NCBI GenBank assembly: GCA_030390025.1
Contig: CM059432.1
Location: 9,858,001 to 9,922,000, forward strand
Source of the DNA: Squalus acanthias
Lineage: Eukaryota
Direction: 5' to 3'
Length of the DNA: 64,000 nucleotides
Shown here: piece by piece, positions 33,857 through 45,315 of the stretch
Layout: each line of letters starts with the position of its first letter
Position numbering within the stretch: the first letter of the stretch is position 1
Program-made: the position numbers and the translations under genes
Notes under the pieces: generated by a model
What the model saw: only the letters and a program-made list of their open reading frames with translations
Database searches by the model: none
Told to the model about the DNA's origin: nothing

Positions 33857-34358
33857 TGCAGAATATAAAGCAATATTCAGTCACTTTGTATCTTACGAGG
33901 AACAAGTTTCACTTTAAAACTCTTGCGCATTTATTCATTCATAAAACTGTGTTAAGTTGGCAACTTCACTAATGAAATTCTTTGCCGCGAAAATCCTGTT
34001 GTACTAATTATTTAATTTCTCTCCATCCGTTTGTTATAATTGCTGTTATATTTCATGACAGACAAGTGTAATGAAAATGCATACAATTATTCATAAGGTA
34101 TCAGCAAGTGCCAGCAATGAGCAAACATGAGTTAAGTTCCTAGTCCTGTCAAATCGTACCTGTAATGGAACTGAACATTTTATTTTTTTTGATCTTGCCA
34201 TCTCCATCACTGTGAATATCTGAAAATAATTCCAAAATGTGATGGAGATGATTCCTCTAACAGTTGTAACTTTTACACTAACCACTTGGCAATACACACC
34301 CATTTAATGAGTTGTCCCCGTGCTGGTGCACCACATGCAACAAAGCCCCTTTTCATTA

Positions 34359-35442
34359 CAACAACAACTTGTATTTATATAGCACCTTTAACGAAGTAAA
34401 ACGCCCCAAGGTGCTTCACAGGAGACAAAAAATTGACACCGAGCCACATAAGGATAAATTAGGGCAGGTGACCAAAAGCTTGGTCAAAGAGGTAGGTTTT
34501 AAGGAGTGTCTTAAAGGAGGAAAGAGAGGTAGAGAGGCGGAGAGGTTTAGGCAGGGAATTCCAGAGCTTAGGGCCCAGGCAACAGAAGGCACGGCCACCA
34601 ATGGTTGAGCGATTATAATCAGGGATGCTCAAGAGGGCAGAATTAGAGGAGCGCAGATATCTTGGGGGGTTGTGGAGCTGGAGGAGATAACAGAGATAGG
34701 GAGGGGGCGAGGCCGTGGAGGGATTTGAAAACAAGGATGAGAATTTTGAAATCGAGGCGTTGCTTAACCGGGAGCCAATGTAGGTCAGCGAGCACAGGGG
34801 TGATGGGCGAACGGGACTTGGTGCGAGTTAGGACACGGGCTGCCGGATTTTGCTTGACCTCAAGTTTACGTAGGGTGGAATGTGGAAGGCCAGCCAGGAG
34901 TGCGTTGGAATAGTCAAGTCTAGAGGTAACAAAGGCATGGATGAGGGTTTCAGCAGCGGATGAGCTGAGGCAAGGGCGGAGACGAGCGATGTTACGGAGG
35001 TAGAAATAGACAGTCTTAGTTATGCTGCGGATATGTGGTCGGAAGCTCATTTCAGGGTCAATTATGACACCAGGGTTGCGAACAGTGTGGTTCAGCCTCA
35101 GACAACAACAACAACAACTTGTATTTATATAGCGCCTTTAACGTAGTAAAACGTCCCAAGGCGCTTCACAGGAGTATTATAAGACAAAAAATTTGACACC
35201 GAGCCACATAAGGATAAATTAGGGCAGGTGAACAAAAGCTTGGTCAAAGAGGTAGGTTTTAAGAAGCGTCTTAAAGGAGGAAAGAGAGGTAGAGAGACGG
35301 AGAGGTTTAGGCAGGGAATTCCAGAGCTGAGGGCCTAGGCAACAGAAGGACAGATGTTAGGGAGAGGGATGCAGTCGGTGGCTAGGGAACGGAGCTTGTG
35401 GTGGGGACCGAAGACAATGGCTTCGGTCTTCCCAATATTTAA
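34359..35442 (-). mobile_element. L2 LINE with a second L2 3' end nested at about 35104-35348
   Basis: ORF 34643..35050 LRNIARLRPCL...LHWLPV; (ACA)n tails at 34359 and 35102. Confidence 0.92.
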
Positions 35443-36042
35443 TTACATTATATTAGGTCCCAAGGGATGGGCCATAAATGTTGGCAATGCCAGCGACGCC
35501 CTGATCCCATAAACGAATAATTTTTTTTTCATTATGGTTCAAAATTAATTTTACTAAATAACTTCCTCTGTTGTTGCTATAGGCCAATAATGCTCAACAG
35601 AAAGTCTACAAGCCAAATTAAGCCCGTGAGCTCTTTCCAACCAGCTCCCCATTTCTTCTTCTATTCAATGGACAAAGTTAGTTTTGACTGTGGTTCGTTT
35701 CATTGGGTGCTGAAACTAAGCATGGTTGAAGTTGTCTTTCTGCACTCAATACAAGAGGAGCTCGGTGCCTGATGAATGGCTCAGCTGTAGCCATGTAGCT
35801 GATTGGTGGATTTCAACCAATCAGTGAGCAGGCCTCTTGCACCAATCAGTCTTTAACCCATCAATGTCTTTAAGAGCTCAGTCTGAATATTCCCTGCGAC
35901 CTTTACTTTGACAACCAATGAAAATGCTTGCATGCTTCTGCTAATATTTTGATGGCACAAGAGTTGTTACTACTGTCGTCAGTGCACGTGCTATTCTAAT
36001 CTTTGTTTTATGTCTGTTATTTTGGGGTTGTAAGGTCAAGAC

Positions 36043-36266
36043 CATAAGAACATAAGAAATAGGAGCAGGAGTAGGCCATTCGGCCCCTCGAGCCTGCTCC
36101 GCCATTCAATAAGATCATGGCTGATCTGATCTTGGCCTCAACTCCACTTTTCTGCCTGTTCCCCATAACCCTTGACTCCTCTGTAGTTTAAAAATCTGTC
36201 TATCTCCGCCTTGAATATATTCAATGACTCAGCCTCCACAGCTCTCTGGGGTAGAGAATTCCAAAG
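36043..36266 (-). mobile_element. CR1 3' end
   Basis: Canonical 3' UTR and tail. Confidence 0.9.
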
Positions 36267-36501
36267 ACCAGTCACATTTCAGAAGTGTGGAGGGGTTGGG
36301 GTGGGTGGTCGGTGTGTACAGCTATGCCAAGTTACTGGTGTTGGATCCAGACCATTAATCTGTGGGAATCTGGACTGAGAAGGGTTGGGGGGGTGGGGGG
36401 GGGGGTTGAATGCTGGGCTCCCATCTCAAGAGAGTCTGTCTGGAACCTCAGAGCAGGACCAAGGACAACATCAGAGAATATGCTTTCCAGGATCTGACCA
36501 C

Positions 36502-38099
36502 CTGTCAGCTGTGGCTCAGTGGGTAGCATTCTTGCCCCTGATTCAGAAGACTTCATGAGACTTAAACACAAAAATCTAGGCTGATACTCACGTGCAGTGC
36601 TGAAGGAGTGCTGCACTGTCAGAGGTGCCATCTTGAAGGGATAATTACGAGTCCTAGCCCCTTTAGAGCTACCCTGGATCAGGCGTATTCCTCAGACGTT
36701 CACTTTCAACGAAAGTTTGAGGTAGCTGAATCCTAAAGACGCTTAATTGGGTCTAAAGGTCCGGGCTATCTCTCCCTAAAGGAAAGGAAACAACCCGAGA
36801 ATGTTACCGTCCTCCAGATAGCACTTTTAATAAGTTTAGCTAGACTATAACGTTCCGGATATTATGAGGGTCTGGAAAACTCCCTCAGAATTCTGCAACT
36901 CCTCACCAAAGAGTGTACAGAGATTGAGTTCACGAGTTTTTGATACAGAAGTCTTATGTGAGATAATTCTAAAAATATATAGATTTATTAAAGAACCGAC
37001 ATGCAATTTACAGTTGGTGAGTCAATCGCAACATTAACAGTTCCAAAAAGAGAAAACATACATTCTTTTTAACAGAGAATCTTACTTTCAAATCTTAACT
37101 TCGCTACAGTATTACAGTTCTTAAAGTTTTCTACATGATATCCACCAATATCAAATACCTTTGATCCCTGAGGTACAAAGAGTTGGAGACTACAGAGCCG
37201 CCTCTGAAGCCGAGAATCGCTTTGCCCGATTAAAGCGAGTCTGTTCTCCCATTTGAGAGTTCAATATTTATGCCCTTTTCCAGTGGTATTTCCTTTAAGG
37301 TTTTCTGCTGATGCAAGCTAATTATCTCTAGTCATTTTTCTGCCGACCTCTGCAACTCTTACTGCCACCTCAGCCAGACTCATGTCTCATCTCTAGGTGT
37401 CCTAAGTTTACCATATAAAAACAGTGTGATGGCAGGTGTTCCTTACTTTATGTCATCTTTACGAGGGCAGATGTTCCTTATCTTATGTGCTTCTTTATGA
37501 AGTGTAAATTAGAACACCTTATCCAGGGTGAACCATTGTTTTTTTCCCAAAAGGTCAGCCTGTCGGAGCCCTTCACCTTCTGTTTCAATAAGGTTATTTA
37601 TTCAGGGTCAACAACTATCTTATCTCAATAGCCAGAATGCTTTCATAGCTATTTCATAGTTAGGTTTCTAAATTTCCAAACCCAGTTTGTCATGTTTTAA
37701 TAAGGCCAGAATTCTTTCATAAGATAGTGTATTTTTCTGAATAGGTTATATGGCTTATTCCTTCACAGTCTTTCAGATGAGATGTTAAACCGAGGCCCTG
37801 TCTGCTCTCTCAGGTGGATGTAAAAGATCCCGCGGCACTATTTCGAAGAAGAGCAGAGGAGTTATCCCTGGTGTCCTGGCCAATATTTATCCCTCAATCA
37901 ACATAACAATAAGAGATTATTTGGTCATTATCACACTGCTGTTTGTAAGAGCTTGCTGTGTGCAATTTGGCTGCTGTGTTTCCGACATTACAACAGTGAC
38001 TACACTTCAAAGGTACTTCATTGGCTGTAAAGCGCTTTGGGATGCCCGGTGGTTGTGAAAGGCGCTATATAAATGCAGGTCTTTCTTTTCTTTCTTTCT
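36502..38099 (+). mobile_element. Deu-domain SINE split by a solo LTR
   Basis: 36502-36633 plus 37768-38099 reconstitute the SINE. Confidence 0.85.
36634..37767 (-). mobile_element. Solo LTR, about 1.13 kb
   Basis: Ends TGAAGGGATAA / TTATTCCTTCA(CA); imperfect TSD ATCT/GTCT; minus-strand CATAAATA near 37268 and AATAAA near 36986. Confidence 0.7.
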
Positions 38100-38687
38100 G
38101 TGTGCAATGCCATGGGACATCTTCTGAGGATATTAAACATATCCTTTATTGTAGCTGTGTTACAAATCAGAATTGGCAAATTTAGCGCTCACAACATGCT
38201 TTGGATTATTTACAAGAAAGTCTACAAGCTGAGCTTTTACATGTTATGTTTGTTGTTCAAGGTAGAGGGCATGACTGAGGTCCTGAATGAATACTTTCCA
38301 TCTGTCTTCACAAAAGAAGAGGATGAAGTTAATGTTGCAGTAGAGGGGGGGGGGGAAGTAGCAATATCGGATAGAATAAAAATAGAGAGAAAGGAGATGC
38401 TAAATAGGTCGGCATCACCCAAAGTCAACGAGTCCAGACGGGATGCATCCTAGGTTGCTGAGGGAAGGTAGGATGGAGATAGCAGAAGCTCTGACCACAA
38501 TCTTTCAATCTCCTTGGATATGGGAGTGGTGCCAGAGGACTGGAGGATTACAAATGTTGCACCCCTGTTTAAAAAAGGGGAGAGGTTTAAGCCTGGTAAT
38601 TACAGGCCAATCAGTCTAACGTCAGTGGTGGGAAAACTACTCGAGACCATTGTCAAGGACAAAATTAATTCTCACTTGGAGAAGCAT

Positions 38688-39100
38688 GAAAGAAAGAAAA
38701 AACGACTTGTATTTATATAGCGCCTTTCACAACCACCGGACGTCCCAAAGCGCTTTACAGCCAATGAAGTACTTTTTGAAATGTAGTCGCTGTTGTAATG
38801 TGGGAAACACGGCAGCTGATTTGCGCACAGCAAGCTCCCACAAACAACAATGTGATAATGATCAGATAATCTGATTTTGTTATGTTGATTGAGGGATAAA
38901 TACTAGCCAGGACACCGGGGATAACTCCCCTGCACTCCTTCGAAATAGTGCCATGGGATCCTTTATGTCCACCTGAGGGAGTGGACAGAGCCTCTGTTTA
39001 ACGTCTCATCCGAAAGACAGCACCTCCGACAGTGCAGCACTCCCTCAGTACTGCACTGGAGTGTCAGCCTAGATTTTTGTGCTCAAGTCTCTGGAGTGGG
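38688..39100 (-). mobile_element. Deu-domain SINE, head truncated
   Basis: Reverse complement of the 15048 family. Confidence 0.88.
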
Positions 39101-39627
39101 ACAGCCAGCATGGATTTGTTAAAGACAAATCATGTCTGACTAACCTGTTTGAGTTCTTTGATGAAGTAACAGAGAGGGTTGATGAAGGTACTGCAGTAGA
39201 TGTTGTATGTATGGACTTTCAAAAGGCATTTGATAAAATACTGCATAACAAAACTTATTCCGAAAATAGAAGCATATGGTATTAAAGGGACGGTGCGTAA
39301 TTTGGGTATGAAATCGGGTAAGGGATAGGAGGCAGAGAGTAGTGTGAACAGATGTTTTTCTGACTGGCGAGAAGTATGCAGTGGGGGTCCCCCAGGGGTC
39401 AGTATTAGGACCATTGCTTTTCTTGTTATATATAAATGACCTGGACTTGGGTATAGGTGTACAATTTCAAAGTCTGCGGATGATACAAAACTTGGCAACA
39501 TAGTAAATAGTGAGCATGATAGTAGCAGACTGCAGAAGGACATAGAGAGACTGGTGAAATGGGCAGATACATGGCAGATGCAATTTAACGCAAGTGTGAA
39601 ATAATGCACTTTGGAAGAAACAACACG

Positions 39628-41098
39628 TGTAAGATTTGGATCACAGGTCACACGCAGATTACCCAAAGGGTCTTAGGAGTTGTAAGGCTTTTTATTAGTG
39701 AGCTACTGTTTAAAGCATAATCAGATATTACTACATGCGATTGAAATAGATACAGTAGACATACAACCCTTGGCAGATGAGGGCGATCTACGGCCCTGGA
39801 ACAGAACGAAACAACCGGATGGACGAGCTGTTGGAGGTGTTAGGCCGTCAGCCACCTCAGAGGATAAACTTGACCAAGGTGTTAGGCCGTAGCCACCTCG
39901 GGGAAGCCTTCGCCCCAAACTCACAGATTTCCTCTCTCGGTCATCTCTATTTATAGTTATTTCGGTGGGCTGGTGATTACCTGGTATCAATCATTTTGTT
40001 CCCCATCCTATTGTCCAATTACAAGGGAGAGGCTACCTATGACAGCCCCCTCCCAGCCTCATGAGGTCATTTTCCTGCTTACCTCTGTTCTAAAGGTCTT
40101 GTTGCCCTCTTGTGAACAGCTTGTTTATCCTACAGCTCCTTGCTGTATCCCTTATCAGGCCTAATGCCCACTGAAGGCCTGTTTTTGTGTTCTGACCTCG
40201 TAATTCAACTCTCTGTACAGCTATTTTTCTGACAAGACTGGAACCTTTCTGTGCCATCAACTTAGGCAAACTGCTGATCTAGGGAACCTGTAACAGACTA
40301 TTGGCCCAGAAATTTGCCTCTCCGGCTTGCCGCGGGGGTAAGGATCGCGCGCGCTCTTACCTACCGCGCCTGCCGTTGCGTTTTGGGCCCACGGGAACTT
40401 CAGCTCCTGGGCCTGCTCCAAGTGCCGGCGCGCAGTGCTTGCGTGTCCCAGGGGCGTAGTTAGTGCGATGCATCCACTGGGATCACGTGGGCCATGGAGA
40501 GCCAATGGCAGCAGACCATCTTTCATTCATAGATTTGACAGGAGACCTGTCAAATCTGTGAATTGAAATCGGCCTCAAAAGAACAGCTAAACTTAAAATA
40601 ATTTTTTTTTTAAAAAACCATCACATTTATAAAATAACTATGTTAAATAAATTAACCACTTTAAACAAAAATTTAAATTTTTGAAAAAATTAAAATACTT
40701 TTTAAAAGTGATAAAAATAATCTTACCTTTCTTTAAAGTATCTAAAAAAGATAAACCTGTTGAAAAAATTTAAAATTATACTTAATTAACCACTTACCTT
40801 GTTGAAAACGGATCTTGCGCCTCCTTTTTAATAGCGTAGTTTCTTCAATACTTACCCTCGCGTAGAAACCTGAAAAAAAAATCTAAGTTTGCTGTGTGCG
40901 CGCAGCCTCTACCGTGCACGCGGTTCACCTAGGAACCGCCCCCTTCACCAGACCGGAAGTTCCGGTTTCCCGCGCATGCGCAGTGCATGCAGGAAACCGG
41001 CACTTCGGGACGCATTACGGGTGAGTACGGACTGTGTACTCACGCGGGAAGGGCCGAATTTTTGGCCCATTATTTCTTTCAATCCACGATTTATTACA
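39628..41098 (-). mobile_element. Solo LTR (about 700 bp) containing a MITE
   Basis: TGTAA...TTACA ends inside a CR1; minus-strand TATAAATAG near 39950 and AATAAA near 39692; TSD unclear. Confidence 0.65.
40303..41068. mobile_element. Harbinger-type MITE
   Basis: TIR GGCCCAGAAATT / AATTTTTGGCCC; TSD ATT; inverted sister copy at 45783-46541. Confidence 0.82.
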
Positions 41099-41254
41099 TA
41101 TAGAGAGGCAGTATAATCTAAATGGTACTGTTTTGAGGGGGGTGCAAGAACAGAGTGGCCTGGGGATGCATATTCACAAATCTTTGAAGGTGTCAGGACA
41201 AGTAGAGAAGGCGGTTAAGAAAGCGCATGGGACACTTGGCTTTGTAAATAGCGG

Positions 41255-41506
41255 TCATGATGCGGAGATGCCGGTGTTGGACTGGGGTGGACAAAATTGA
41301 GAGGTCGCACAACACCAGGTTATAGTCCAACAGTTTAGTAGTTCTGCAATTGTAAGGTACACATGCTTTGTTTTCTATCTATATATGCTTTGGCGATTCT
41401 GTATCTAATTTACTTCACCTGAGGAAGGAGCAATCGATAGCTCCGAAAGCTTGTGATTTCAAATAAAACTGTTGGACTATAACCTGGTGTTGTGCGACCT
41501 CTCAAT
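41255..41506. mobile_element. Penelope-like insertion (family A) with inverted terminal duplication
   Basis: TSD TTTGTAAATAGC at 41241-41252 and 41507-41518. Confidence 0.78.
41415..41456 (+). ncRNA. Minimal hammerhead ribozyme motif
   Basis: UCAC-CUGAGGA-A-GGAGC-AAUCGAUA-GCUCC-GAAA-GCUU-GUGA. Confidence 0.7.
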
Positions 41507-41932
41507 TTTGTAAATAGCAGCATTGAATATAAAAAGAAATCATGCTAAACCTTTATAAACCTCAGGTTAGGCCTCAGCTGGTGTGTATCGTGTACAATTC
41601 TGGGCACCACACTTTAGGAAGGGTGTCAAGACTCTGGAGAGGGTACAGAGGAGGTTTACCAGGATGATACCAGGGATGAGGGAGTTCAGTTATGTGAAGA
41701 GTTTAAAGATGCTGGGATTGTTCTCCTTAGAGCAGAGAATGTTAAGGGGACACCTAATAGAGGTATTCAAAATAATATGGGGTTTTGATAGAACAAGTAA
41801 GGAGAAACCATTACCTCTGGCAAGTGGGTCATTAACCAGAGGTCATAGATTTAAAATAATTGGCAAAAGAACTAGAGGGGAAATGAGGAGAAATTTCTTC
41901 ACACAGAGGGTTGTAAAGATCTGGAACGCACC

Positions 41933-43443
41933 GGGGGGAAAATTCGGTAGCTTAGCCTCCTGTTAGCACCTGCAGATGGCGGTAACAGGGCGCTGATGCG
42001 GTAGCACCGGGGCGAGGCAAATCCAGTGCCGCACGGTAAATCAGTCCCCCCCCCCCGTTGCGGTGCCGGTACGAGGTACCGCTGGGAACTTCAATTCCAG
42101 GCAGATCGTGACGTCAGTGAGTGTGTGGGCGCCCGATCTGGAAAATTCATTGTCGCCACTTACCTTAGCGCCTCGACCAGACAGCGACAGGGAGAGCTGG
42201 CGTGCAGCTGCAGGAAGCCGGCTCCAGCGACGTTATTTAAAGGCATCAGCATTAATCACTCGCAGCTGTCAGGGCAAGTTAGTTTCAATGGTTTCTTATC
42301 AGTTTCACGCAGTGGAACAGTTTGTATGAGTAATTTCAAGCTTCTTTTTTATCAGCAGTGTTCTGGCAAGTGCAAAGTGGCTACATATTTTTCTCAAAGA
42401 TTCAAACTGCTACACTTGGCAACATTAATGGGGGCTGTACTGGCATGCCACCTCGCCCACCAGGATCTACAGCGGAGGGAGCGTAGGCAGCGAGAATGAC
42501 CGGAACATGTGCGCAGAGGGTTGAGGAGGGCTCTCACCAGGAGGCCTTACCCTCCAAGGGTATTCCGACAGCACTTCTCCTACCTTCAATTAAGCGAGGA
42601 GCAGTGTATTAGACGTCTCTGCATCACAAATGTGGTGGTCACAGAACTCTGCCACCTCCTCCAAACAGACCTCCAGCCTCACACCAGGATGAATAAAACC
42701 CCAGATCTCTTTTGCTCAACTCATGCCCATCATACCATCCCTGTGTCATGCCATATCACAGCGTCCTCCTGGGTGCAACGGTGAAATGAGACAGACCACA
42801 AAATATTGCAAACTCCATTAATAAATTTATGCATAAACATATCACACATATCACGTTTAATCTAATGACTAATGGCCCTTGTGCCTGCCATAGTTGAATA
42901 GCTGTCATTGTGTGCAAGGTGTGAGATGTGGGTGTGAGTGTTGGTAGGTAGAGATTGTTGGTGGGTGAGGGTTGGGGGTGTGGTGCTTTGGGCAGTGTGT
43001 GAAGCTTATGGTACAGATGGTGTTATGTAGCATTTGTTGAAGCATTCAATCACCCTGACCACCCGACTGAGGTGGATCTGCCATGAACATAGCTGCTTCA
43101 GTCCTCCAGCTCCTTCTCCTCATTGTGCTTCTCCTTGATGAGGCAGCTGCACAGCCAGCAATGCTGAGAATGAAGTGCTGCAGCATCAATGAACCTCCCC
43201 TTTAAGTACTGGGAAAAACCTGTGGCAATGATGAGTTCTGATTAGACTGCACCCGATATTGGTCCACCCTTTGAGTGTAACGCCACTGAGCTAGGCCTTT
43301 AAGACTTGATTTAGCGCCCCAATCGTTTCTTTGAGCAGTGAGAATGAATTTTGTGTGCAGTCTAAAGCATTAGCACCTGGCGCTAATTCTCAAACTTTTC
43401 TACAGATACTGCCCATTCCTGGGCTACAATGAATTTCTAGCCC
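41933..43443. mobile_element. Internally deleted Harbinger related to 16390-19542, opposite orientation; keeps the transposase 5' end (about 42428-42690, +)
   Basis: Ends GGGGGGAAAATTC / GAATTTCTAGCCC; 43150-43443 aligns to the reverse complement of 16390-16690; RRPYPPRVFRQHFSYLQLSEEQCIRRL...VVTELCHLLQTDLQP. Confidence 0.85.
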
Positions 43444-43475
43444 AGTGATTCTAGAGTAATCCACAGATTTCACCG

Positions 43476-44530
43476 AATTTACAACACAGAAACACAATAA
43501 ATTAGCACACACTGCTAAATTAGCAGTGAATTCTTCAAGGCTTTCAATGCATGCACAAAAATAAATTTCTAGAAAATAGCTTCAGATTCTATATTTGATG
43601 TATCAGTTTCTGGTTTTAGTATTCAAGTATCATTCGTATCACGGTGCTCCATAATCAGAAACACCATGTCATCTTAAACTTATTGATTCATTTTTAGCAC
43701 TTACAGATTTCTAAACTTAATTTTGAACCGTTTTGATTAATGTTAGCTAAGCATTTAAGTTCTCATTTTAGATGCTAAGAAGATTAATTGCAGTATTAAC
43801 AAATCTGTCATTTCTCTCATGTATGCGTCCCAGTCCCAATTTTTGCACAGATCATGGCTTTTCACGGAGCTGGTTCAGTAATTAAAATGGATGATATGCA
43901 TCTGTCTAATTATTAAATTGTAGAATACTTCTTCTTTAGTTACAGGGGACATTTTGCAGTGAAATGTAGAAATTAGAATAGAACCCATCACATTTGAGAT
44001 TGCAAAGTATTACAAAGTAGCAGAGAAACAGGCCATTCGGCCCAACTGGTCCGTGCCGGTGTTCCTGCTCCACACGAGCCTCCTCCCACCCCTCCTCATC
44101 TCACCCTATCAGCGTGCGCTTCTATTCCTTTTCTCCCTCACGTGTTTATCTAGCTTCCCCTTGAATGCATCTACGCTCTTCGCCTCAACCACTCCCTCTG
44201 GTAGCGAGTTCCCTATCCTAACCACTGCCAGGGTAAAGAGGTTCCTCCTGAATTCCCGACTGGATTCATCAGTGATTGGGTTCAAGATGTGTCATCCCGC
44301 ATCTTTTAGAAATATTTATATTTCGGGAATTTTTTGCGATGAGCAAAGGTGAAGGATATCAATGCTGTCCAATGGAACATTATTCCACTTTTAACCACTT
44401 AGTGACAGCAAATATAGAATCTGAAGCTATTTTCTAGAAATTTATTTTTGTGCATGCATTGAAAGCCTTGAAGAATTCACTGCTAATTTAGCAGTGTGTG
44501 CTAATTTATTGTGTTTCTGTGTTGTAAATT
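43476..44530. repeat. Perfect 122-bp inverted repeat (43476-43597 / 44409-44530)
   Basis: Direct comparison of the two arms. Confidence 0.92.
44008..44272 (-). mobile_element. CR1 3' end
   Basis: Reverse complement of the 28500-28760 subfamily. Confidence 0.85.
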
Positions 44531-44621
44531 GTTGGCTAGGGTAAGGGCCAAGTCTGCATTCCACACTAGTGTCGCAAATTTCCGATCTAGCGCTGACCAC
44601 TCTCATAAGCCGTCCCCCATA

Positions 44622-45220
44622 TCTTGCTGCAGTTGTATAGGGCCTTGGTGAGACCACACCTTGAGTATTGTGTGCAGTTTTGGTCGCCTTATCTGAGGAA
44701 GGATGTTCTTGCCATGGAGGGAGTGCAGCGAAGATTCACCAGACTGATACCTGGGATGGAAGGAATGACGTATGAAGAGAGATTGGGTTGATTAGGCTTA
44801 TATTCGCTAGAGTTTAGAAGAATGAGAGGGGATCTCATTGAAACTTATAAAATTCTAACAGGACTAGACAGACTAGATGCAGGAAGGATGTTCCCGATGG
44901 CGGGGGAGTCCAGAACCAGGGGTCACAGTCTAAGGATAAGGGGTAAGCCATTTAGGACTGAGATGAGGAGGAATTTCTTCACCCAGAGAGTGGTGAACCT
45001 GTGGAATTCTCTACCACAGAAGGCAGTTGAGGCCAATTCATTAAATATATTCAAGACGGAGTTAGATATATTTCTTAAGGCTAAAGGGATCAAGGGATAT
45101 GGGGAGAAAGCAGGGACAGGGTACTGAATTTGGATGATCAGCCATGATCTCATTAAATGGCGGAGCAGGCTCGAGAGGCCGAATGGCCTACTCCTGCTCC
45201 TATCTTCTATGTTTCTATGA
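44622..45220 (+). mobile_element. CR1 3' end
   Basis: ORF 44822..45127; TTCTATGT tail; close to 23156-23727. Confidence 0.93.
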
Positions 45221-45315
45221 TTCAGGAGCGCCTGAGTGCTGCTTAATATCTAATCATACAAGAGCAGAACCCAGGGGCATCAGGATAGTACCCCTTGTGA
45301 TCTGAACTTGATACT

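Larger units (their letters stand above)
38258..41931 (+). mobile_element. Old CR1 LINE in four pieces (38258-38687, 39098-39627, 41101-41254, 41507-41931)
   Basis: Collinear RT pieces in ORFs 38514, 39079, 41034 and 41583. Confidence 0.88.

Noticed and set aside
34160..34219. EF-hand (SDGDGKI)
   Set aside because: Position 1 is His and there is no acidic residue at position 12; not a supportable calcium-binding loop.
44339..44437. Short ORF beginning MSKGE (GFP-like start)
   Set aside because: Only about 32 codons with no further similarity; coincidence.
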